From contig CAVXGK010000001.1 of NCBI GenBank assembly GCA_963761305.1, positions 1,280,001 through 1,344,000 on the forward strand: a DNA stretch of 64,000 nucleotides. Reading direction: 5' to 3'. Shown in pieces: positions 57,228 through 64,000 of this stretch (position 1 is the stretch's first letter; each line of letters opens with the position of its first letter). The position numbers and the translations under genes are program-made. The notes beneath the pieces are model-generated. The model was not told where the DNA came from and made no database searches. It saw only the letters and a list, made by a program, of their open reading frames with translations. The stretch is from an uncultured Gemmatimonadaceae bacterium. GTDB lineage: Bacteria; Gemmatimonadota; Gemmatimonadetes; Gemmatimonadales; Gemmatimonadaceae.

Positions 57228-57707
57228 GTGGCGGCAACGGAAGCTTGGCGACGCATCGTCGCGTCGTCGCTCGATTGGGAGCAGGCGCACGCGTCGCTCG
57301 ATCACGCGATCAAAGGGCTGGCGCCTGAACTGCGCGGCAAGCGGCCGGTGAATTTCCCGCACTCGGCGTGGGAACTGCTCGATCACATCCGCGCCACGCA
57401 GCACGACCTGCTCGACTTCTGCACCAACGAGAACTATCAGGAAGCGAAATGGCCGGACGACTATTGGCCGAAGACGCCCGCGCCGCCGAGCGACGCGGCG
57501 TGGAACGAGTGCGTGGCGACGATCCATCGCGACGCGAAGGCGCTGGCTGATTTCACGATCAACGACCCGCGCGATCTCACGACGAAAATTCCGCACGGTA
57601 CGGGACAGACCTACCTGCGCAGCGTGCTCGTGGTGGTCGACCACACGGCGTATCACGTCGGGCAATTGATCGCGGTGCGCCGATTGCTCGACGCATGGCA
57701 AGGCTGA
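57228..57707 (+). CDS. DinB family protein
   Basis: AGGAGG SD; PHSAWELLDHIR..QHDLLDF, WPDDYWP and GQTYLR...DHTAYHVGQL..VRR. Confidence 0.9.
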   Translation: MAATEAWRRIVASSLDWEQAHASLDHAIKGLAPELRGKRPVNFPHSAWELLDHIRATQHDLLDFCTNENYQEAKWPDDYWPKTPAPPSDAAWNECVATIHRDAKALADFTINDPRDLTTKIPHGTGQTYLRSVLVVVDHTAYHVGQLIAVRRLLDAWQG

Positions 57708-57733
57708 CGCGCTTGCGGCTGACGGGCGAGCGG

Positions 57734-58744
57734 CTATCGGCTCGGCATGGGACACGTCGCCATCACTAGCGGCGACGCGCCGCCTTCGCTCGTGAAAACG
57801 AATCGTCCGCGGTTGTCGATCCAGCTGATTCCCTCGCCTTGCGCTTCGCCGAGGATGAGGATGTTGCACGACGTCGGCGGGACGGAGTGATCGACTTTGC
57901 CCGTCGCCGAGTCGGTCGCGAACACGTAGACCTGTTCGTACGTGCGAACCGCCAGGTGACGGCTGTCGGGTGAGAGCGCGGCGTCGGTGACGACCCGGAG
58001 CGGCGCGGACCCGGGCACGATCGGCAGGCTGTCGACGCGCTCGGCGACCACCTGGCCGGTCGATCCCCAATCGCTCGCCGGCAGCCGATAGACCAACGCG
58101 GGACGAAGGTGGCGGTCGCCACCCTTGGCGCGCAGCGGTCGCTTGGAGATGAGGAACACGTCGCCGTTCGGCGCGACGTACATCGCTTCCACGTCGCGCG
58201 GGCCGTCGGGATACACGTACGTCAGCTTCTCGGCGGCGAAGGCGCCGTTGAATTCGGGAGACGTTGCCGCCGTCGGCTCGGCGCTGCGGTAGATCACGCG
58301 AGTCGGATAGACCGCGGCGTTGTCGCCTGTGTCGCCGATGTAGAGACACGCCGCCGTTCGCTGCTGCGCGCCGCATGGACCAAGCGACGCCGATTCCCAA
58401 TCGACGTTCGACGCGTTCGTCACACGCCAGACGCCGCGATCGTTCCCGCTGGTGTCGAGCGCGAAGACGAGCGGCTCGTTGTCGGAGTCGTTCATCGAGT
58501 AGAACACGCCGGGCTGGCTCCGGCTCATCACGGCGACGGAATTCTCCAGCAGCTCGGGTCGCGCGTGGAGCGGAACGATCGAGATCGCGGTGGGCTGCGC
58601 GCCCATCGAGTCCGTGCCGACGTACACCGTTCTGCCTTCGTCGTCGGCGTTTGCGGCGCGCTCACACGCGCACAGCGTCAGTACGGCAGCCACTGCGCCA
58701 AATCGGATCCGTCGCCCAGCCCGCGTCGATAAATTGCCGCGCAT
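57734..58744 (-). CDS. Hypothetical exported protein (probable beta-propeller; start uncertain)
   Basis: ENS, NDSD, DWE, LYIGDTGDN, YPDGPRDVEAM, VTDAALSPD..LAVRTY and QGEGI motifs; LCAC lipobox-like. Confidence 0.8.
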   Translation of the reverse strand: MRGNLSTRAGRRIRFGAVAAVLTLCACERAANADDEGRTVYVGTDSMGAQPTAISIVPLHARPELLENSVAVMSRSQPGVFYSMNDSDNEPLVFALDTSGNDRGVWRVTNASNVDWESASLGPCGAQQRTAACLYIGDTGDNAAVYPTRVIYRSAEPTAATSPEFNGAFAAEKLTYVYPDGPRDVEAMYVAPNGDVFLISKRPLRAKGGDRHLRPALVYRLPASDWGSTGQVVAERVDSLPIVPGSAPLRVVTDAALSPDSRHLAVRTYEQVYVFATDSATGKVDHSVPPTSCNILILGEAQGEGISWIDNRGRFVFTSEGGASPLVMATCPMPSR

Positions 58745-60077
58745 GCACCCCATCACGTTGCGTCTCGTCCTCATTGGTTCTACCGCCGTCGGCGCGCTGA
58801 CGTTGGTCGCCCGGCCGGCCAATGCGCAATCGGCGCTCTCGCCGGCCGAGCGAGCGATGGTCCGCGCCGTCGACGCCCACCGCGACGAATCCCTCGCGCT
58901 CCTCGAGCGTTTGGTGAACATAAACAGCGGCACGATGAACTTTGCGGGCGTCCGCGAAGTCGCGGACGCGCTTCGCCCGTCGTTCGAGGCGCTGGGCTTC
59001 ACCACGCGCTGGGTCGATGGGGCCGCATTCCATCGCGCGGGCCACCTCATCGCGGAACATCCGGGACCGGGCCCGAAGATCCTGCTCATCGGGCACCTCG
59101 ACACCGTTTTCGAACCGACCAGCCCATTTCAACGCTTCGAGCGGCTGAACGACTCGACGGCACGGGGGCCTGGCGTGATCGACATGAAAGGAGGCGACGT
59201 CATTCTTCTTTTCGCTCTGCGCGCACTGGCCGACGCCGGTACGCTCGCCAAGATGAACGTGACGGTCGTGTTCGACGGCGACGAAGAGGAAGCCGGCACT
59301 CCGGTCGACGCCGCGCGACGGGCGCTCGGCGACGCGGCGACCGGAGCACGCTACGCGCTGGGTTTCGAGGACGGCGCGGGGGATCCCAAGACCGCCGTCA
59401 TCTCGCGCCGAAGCGCGGGCTCGTGGACGGTGCGGACAACCGGCAATCCGGCGCACTCGTCGCAGATCTTCAAACCGGAGGTCGGCGCGGGCGCGGTGTA
59501 CGAAGCGTCGAGGATTCTCTCCGAGTTCTACACGCGGCTGTCGAAGGAGGCGTACCTCACGTTCAACCCGGGTCTCGCCGTCGGCGGCACACTGGTGAAG
59601 GTCGATACCACCGGCACCCAGGCCACGGTCGCCGGCAAGCGCAACGTCGTCGCCGAGCACATGGAGGTCACCGGAGACCTGCGCACGCTGTCACCCGAGC
59701 AGCACGCGACGGCGGAGCGCACGATGCGCGAGATCGTCGCGAAACACTTGCCGCAAACGTCAGCGACGATCGACTTCGACGACAGCTATCCGCCGATGGC
59801 GCCGACCGCCGGCAACCGCCGGCTGCTCGCGCTCTACGATCAAGCGAGCCGCGACCTCGGCTTCGGCCCGGTGGTCGCTGTCGATCCGTCGCGAGCCGGA
59901 GCGGCCGACGTGTCGTTCGTCGCCGCGAAGGTGCCGATGATCCTCGACGGGATTGGACTCTCCGGCCACGACGATCACACCGAGAAGGAGACCGCCGACC
60001 TTCGCATGCTCGCCCCAATGACCAAGCGCGCCGCGCTGCTCATGCTTCGCATTAGCGACGGCTCGGTGGGTCCGTAG
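58743..60077 (+). CDS. Exported M20/M25/M40 peptidase (carboxypeptidase G2-like)
   Basis: LVNINSGT, LIGHLDTVF, DMKGG, DEE, HSSQ, GAAD and HTEKE; signal peptide ...ANAQ. Confidence 0.92.
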   Translation: MHPITLRLVLIGSTAVGALTLVARPANAQSALSPAERAMVRAVDAHRDESLALLERLVNINSGTMNFAGVREVADALRPSFEALGFTTRWVDGAAFHRAGHLIAEHPGPGPKILLIGHLDTVFEPTSPFQRFERLNDSTARGPGVIDMKGGDVILLFALRALADAGTLAKMNVTVVFDGDEEEAGTPVDAARRALGDAATGARYALGFEDGAGDPKTAVISRRSAGSWTVRTTGNPAHSSQIFKPEVGAGAVYEASRILSEFYTRLSKEAYLTFNPGLAVGGTLVKVDTTGTQATVAGKRNVVAEHMEVTGDLRTLSPEQHATAERTMREIVAKHLPQTSATIDFDDSYPPMAPTAGNRRLLALYDQASRDLGFGPVVAVDPSRAGAADVSFVAAKVPMILDGIGLSGHDDHTEKETADLRMLAPMTKRAALLMLRISDGSVGP

Positions 60078-60183
60078 CTCGACCTGGCGCGGCTGAGCCG
60101 GGCAGCGCCCGCACTCTGTGCCCGTTACTGGCGGCCGGCCGCTTCCTGGCCCAGAATCAGTCCGGCCGTCCGGCCGTCGCTGT

Positions 60184-60215
60184 TCACCCGTCTACCTGTC
60201 CACCCGTCCACCTGC
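60184..60215. repeat. 8-bp tandem repeat (CCACCYGT-like x4)
   Basis: TCACCCGT CTACCTGT CCACCCGT CCACCTGC, in the intergenic region. Confidence 0.65.
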
Positions 60216-60326
60216 CTAGTTGGACGCAACGAGATGGACATTTTGCACGTTTCGGTTACACAGGCCGCGTCCGCGCGCGGCCGGTTGGCCATAGTCCTTC
60301 TCCCGCCCCCGCCCCCCGAGGCCCGC

Positions 60327-62930
60327 ATGTCGTTGACCATTCGAAGGAACGCCATCACCGCCGCCGCGGCACTCGCCCTCGCGATGCCACTCGGCGCCCA
60401 GATCATCGTCGCCCCCGCGAAAGGAATCGCGCAGAAGCTGAACAAGGGGTTCGGTGCGGCGGCGGCGGGGCTCGATTCGCCGACTCAGGGCAGCTCGGCC
60501 ACGAAGGCGCCGGCGAAAACAGGAGCGACCGTTGCGGCCACCGTTGGAAAGGTGGGCGGCTACACGATCGACCAGTTCCTGTCGCCGGCGTCGCCGCTCG
60601 AACTGGGCGCGGCTCGCAAGGCCGACCGGATCGCGTACGTCGTGTACGAGCGCGGAATGCGCAACATCTACACGGCCGCGGCGCCGGACTTCAAGGGCGT
60701 GCGCATCACCAAGTTCCTCGACGACGACGGCGTTGACGTGAGCTCGGTGCGGCTCTCCGACGACGGCACGATCGCGATCTTCGTGCGCGGGTCGGGACAG
60801 AACCGCGTGGGTTGGGTGGCCAACCCGTCGCACGACCCGAACGGACCGGATCGATCGGTGTGGGCGGCGAAGACAGATGGCACCGGCGCCTGGCGGTTGG
60901 CGTCGATCGAAAACACCGAGACGGCGGCCGGAGGTCGTGGCGGCGGCCGTGGCGGTTCCCCGACGCTCTCGCCCGACGGCAAGTACGTCGTGTTCGCGCG
61001 AGATGGACAGCTCTATCGCGCCAAAACGTCGCGACCCGTCACCTCGGCGATGGACACGGCCGGCGTTCCGTTCATCAAGGAGTGGGGCCGCCAGGGCGAG
61101 CCTGTGTGGTCGCCGGACGGAAACAAGATCGCGTTCGTGAGCACGCGTGAGAATCACGCCTTCATCGGCGTGTACGATGTGAAAACTCGAAAGCTGGATT
61201 TCCTGGCGCCGAGCACGGACATGGACGGCGCGCCGGTGTGGTCGCCCGACAGCAAGCGCATCGCGTTCATTCGCCGGCCGGGCACGCCGTTCGGCCAGCA
61301 GGTGGCAGCCAACACGCCGTTCGGACAGGCTCCGGCTCCCGCGCCCGGTGGCGGTGGTGGTGGCGGTGGTGGTGGCGGCGCCGGTGGCGGTCGTCGCGGT
61401 GGACGCGGCGGCGGTGGCGGTGGCGGCGCCGGTGGTGCAGGCGCTGAGATGCCGGCGGGGCCCAGCGGATGTTCGGCCGGTCGTGGCGGCGAAGGCCGCG
61501 GCGGGGCGGCGGCGGGCTTCAACGACGGCGGCCGCGGCGCCCCGGTGGACACGGGACACGTGGACGGCCTCTGTCGCGCGGCGTTCGCCGGCGGCTTCAC
61601 GATCGCCTTCATGGTCGCCGACGTCGCGACGGGGAAGGCGACGCAGTTCTGGCACAACCAGCCGAACGACCGAACGTTCAACGCGATCAACTCGTTCGCA
61701 TGGGCCGACGATCACGTCGTGTTCACCGCGCAGCGGCCGAACGACGAGTGGGATCGGTACTTCTCGATCAGCATCGACAATCCGCAAGCGGAGCCGGTGC
61801 TGCTCACGACGACCGACGGTCTGATCAACGACAGCGTCGCCGACCGAACGTTCGTCACTACGGCGTTCTCGAAAGACGGCAAGACGTTCTACTACTGCAC
61901 GAACGCCAAGGACATCGAGAAGCGGCACATCTGGGCCGTGCCGACGTCCGGCGGCACGCCAGTGCAGATCTCGACCGACGACGGCGTCGAGGTGTCGCCG
62001 ACGCCGCTCGCATCCGGCAAGCAGATGGCGGTGCTCTACTTCAACGCCTCGCAGCCGGCGTCGATCGGCATCGTGCCGATGGCCGGCGGCACTACGAAGG
62101 TCGTATTTCCAACGCTTCTCAAAGACTTCCCGCAGGCCGCGCACGTGACGCCGGAGATCGTCATCACGCACGCCGCCGACGGTGTCGAGGTTCACAACCA
62201 GCTCTTCCTGCCGAAGGATCTCAAGCCCGGCGAGAAGCGGCCGGCGATCGTGTTCGTGCACGGCGGTCCGTCGCGCGAGATGCTGCCCGCATACCACTAC
62301 ATGCAGTTCTATCACTGGGCGTACGCCTACAACCAGTGGCTTGCGTCGCAGGGCTACATCGTGATGTCGATCAACTACCGCAGCGGCATCGGCTACGGAC
62401 GCTCGTTCCAGCGTGCGGCGAACACTGAAGGGCGCGGCAACTCGGAGTACCAGGACGTCGTCGCCGGCGGCAAATATCTCCAAGGCCGCCCCGACGTCGA
62501 TCCGAACCGCGTCGGTATCTGGGGACTCTCATACGGCGGACTGCTCACCGCCGAGGCGCTCGCTCGCAACTCCGACATGTTCGTGGCCGGCGTGGACCTC
62601 GCGGGCGTGCACATCTACGGCAACGCGCAGGACACGACGAGTCTCGCGTTCCGTTCGTCGGCCGTCGGTGCAATCAATGGCTGGAAGTCGCCGGTGTTCC
62701 TCGAGCAAGGCGACGACGACCGCAACGTCGACTTCGCGCAGATGGTCGGCCTTGTTGATTTGTTGCGCGCGCGCGGCGTGTACTACGAGCTCACCGTCAT
62801 CCCTGACGACGTCCACGAGTCCCTGGTCCACAGCCGGTGGATCGACATCTTCAGCCGAAGCAGCGATTTCCTGCATCGGTTCGTGTGGGACAAGCAGGCG
62901 CCGCCTCTGATGACGACCAACGGCAAGTGA
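60327..62930 (+). CDS. Exported S9 family peptidase with PD40 repeats and Gly/Arg-rich inserts
   Basis: WSPDG repeats, VHGGP, GIWGLSYGG nucleophile, GDDDRNV and DDVH; signal peptide. Confidence 0.93.
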   Translation: MSLTIRRNAITAAAALALAMPLGAQIIVAPAKGIAQKLNKGFGAAAAGLDSPTQGSSATKAPAKTGATVAATVGKVGGYTIDQFLSPASPLELGAARKADRIAYVVYERGMRNIYTAAAPDFKGVRITKFLDDDGVDVSSVRLSDDGTIAIFVRGSGQNRVGWVANPSHDPNGPDRSVWAAKTDGTGAWRLASIENTETAAGGRGGGRGGSPTLSPDGKYVVFARDGQLYRAKTSRPVTSAMDTAGVPFIKEWGRQGEPVWSPDGNKIAFVSTRENHAFIGVYDVKTRKLDFLAPSTDMDGAPVWSPDSKRIAFIRRPGTPFGQQVAANTPFGQAPAPAPGGGGGGGGGGGAGGGRRGGRGGGGGGGAGGAGAEMPAGPSGCSAGRGGEGRGGAAAGFNDGGRGAPVDTGHVDGLCRAAFAGGFTIAFMVADVATGKATQFWHNQPNDRTFNAINSFAWADDHVVFTAQRPNDEWDRYFSISIDNPQAEPVLLTTTDGLINDSVADRTFVTTAFSKDGKTFYYCTNAKDIEKRHIWAVPTSGGTPVQISTDDGVEVSPTPLASGKQMAVLYFNASQPASIGIVPMAGGTTKVVFPTLLKDFPQAAHVTPEIVITHAADGVEVHNQLFLPKDLKPGEKRPAIVFVHGGPSREMLPAYHYMQFYHWAYAYNQWLASQGYIVMSINYRSGIGYGRSFQRAANTEGRGNSEYQDVVAGGKYLQGRPDVDPNRVGIWGLSYGGLLTAEALARNSDMFVAGVDLAGVHIYGNAQDTTSLAFRSSAVGAINGWKSPVFLEQGDDDRNVDFAQMVGLVDLLRARGVYYELTVIPDDVHESLVHSRWIDIFSRSSDFLHRFVWDKQAPPLMTTNGK

Positions 62931-63451
62931 ACGACGACGGCCGCCGGCGCGGCTGGACGGGAGGCTTTCTCCCGTTCGTCGTGCTGGCGGTCGACACGCT
63001 CGTCCTCGGCCTGCAGAGGACGAAACACCATGCACTGCTCCCGGCGACCGAGACGAAGATGCTCTGGGCGGCCGAGGTGGCGACGATCGCGTGCGTGCTC
63101 ATTCTGACGTCGGGTTGGGGCCGAGATTCCGGCTGGCACGACGCGCAGCAACGGCTCGGTACGCTTGCGAACAATTTCTATGAGCCGCGCCGTTCGTCGC
63201 TGATCCACGGCTGGGCGATCGGCTGCGCCGTGTTCTGCGGCCTGTGGTGGGGCATCGCGACGTGGAGTGTCGTATTGTTCGGGATGCGGCGCGGCGTGTT
63301 GACCAACGGGTTGGTCGACTTCGAGGTGGCCACGGCGGTCGGGGCGCTCACGGGGGGCGTCATCGGCGCGGTGGTCGGCCTCGCGATCGGCCATCGGTGG
63401 GAGACGACCCACCGCCGATCGCGCGCGGATCGAATGTCGGTGAATGCCTGA
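62927..63451 (+). CDS. Hypothetical membrane protein
   Basis: GTG overlaps the S9 stop; four hydrophobic segments with a glycine-zipper-like C-terminus. Confidence 0.7.
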   Translation: MNDDGRRRGWTGGFLPFVVLAVDTLVLGLQRTKHHALLPATETKMLWAAEVATIACVLILTSGWGRDSGWHDAQQRLGTLANNFYEPRRSSLIHGWAIGCAVFCGLWWGIATWSVVLFGMRRGVLTNGLVDFEVATAVGALTGGVIGAVVGLAIGHRWETTHRRSRADRMSVNA

Positions 63452-63941
63452 GCTGTCCATCCGCATCAAGAAGAAGACGGACGGCTCGGCGGCGCTCAGT
63501 TGCACCCGCGCCGACGGCTCGACGACCTGGCAGCGGCAGGACGGGCGGCTCGGCCTCTTCTTTCCGCTGCACGACCTGACGCACTACGCCGTGGAGACCG
63601 TGCTCGGTCTCAAACACGGATTCTACGGCCTCTTGGCGGAAGGGTGGGACATCACCCGGTTCACCGACCCCGGCGTGAGCAAGCAGTTGCCGGAGGACGC
63701 CGGACTCGCCGAGGTTTTAGTGGGGTTCCTCGACGTCGAACGCGCGACGGGAACGCGCGCGACGGCCGAGGACTTCAATTGGAAGATCCGAACGTACTAC
63801 GACGAACACGCGGCGCCGACGCCGACGTTTCGCATGACTGACGACACACTCGATCGAATCCGCACGGTGCGAGCCGACTTGTTCGAGCGCTGGTCCGCCG
63901 TCCAACCTGGCGAGGCGCTCGAGTTGGCGTTCGACCGATGA
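63444..63941 (+). CDS. Hypothetical protein with an HDLTHYAVE motif
   Basis: LSCTRADGSTTW...HDLTHYAVETVLG..GFYGLLAEGW; operonic overlap on both sides. Confidence 0.8.
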   Translation: MPELSIRIKKKTDGSAALSCTRADGSTTWQRQDGRLGLFFPLHDLTHYAVETVLGLKHGFYGLLAEGWDITRFTDPGVSKQLPEDAGLAEVLVGFLDVERATGTRATAEDFNWKIRTYYDEHAAPTPTFRMTDDTLDRIRTVRADLFERWSAVQPGEALELAFDR

Positions 63942-64000
63942 GCCCGAAGCCAGCCATCAGCTCCGGCCTGCTCCTCTATCGGCGCACGCCGCGCGGCCTC
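63938..64000 (+). CDS. Probable NUDIX hydrolase, N-terminus only (truncated by the window edge)
   Basis: MSPKPAISSGLLLYRRTPRGL resembles the SAGLLLYR start of a NUDIX subfamily; only 21 codons are visible. Confidence 0.5.
   Translation, partial: MSPKPAISSGLLLYRRTPRGL

Noticed and set aside
1..64000. tRNA, rRNA, integrase, transposase, prophage or known anti-phage defence genes
   Set aside because: No supporting motifs recognised on either strand by manual reading.

Overview
High-GC bacterial chromosomal window, most likely from a Gemmatimonadota (or Acidobacteriota-like) soil organism. This is an inference from gene content: PadR-ADOP pairs, an ECF sigma/Ser-Thr kinase pair, a barrel-less TonB plug protein and many exported Gly/Arg-rich hydrolases. 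It is densely coding with about 55 genes: transporters (2 OPT, MFS, 2 ADOP permeases), exported peptidases and hydrolases (M23, M28, M20, S9, CocE/NonD, MBL), signalling (ECF+STK, LytS/LytTR, PAS-PAS kinase), a bactofilin-M23 module, a short YidC paralog, a stand-alone 5'-3' exonuclease and a beta-carbonic anhydrase. I found no rRNA, tRNA, CRISPR array, transposase or prophage. About 11 frameshifts in six genes are all net +1, which points to uncorrected long-read insertion errors rather than pseudogenes. The most interesting signals are: (i) a compact multi-stem 5' leader in front of an ankyrin protein with an N-terminal LPxxPNLExLRKxAK domain; (ii) a dispersed family of long palindromic intergenic elements built from 9-bp-periodic arms; (iii) a 16-unit, exactly phased 21-bp GATC-core repeat that probably encodes an Arg-rich heptad; (iv) recurrent RGG-rich inserts in exported enzymes; (v) two small unannotated proteins (a 50-aa basic protein and a C4 zinc finger). 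All family assignments come from motif recognition by eye; no database search was run.
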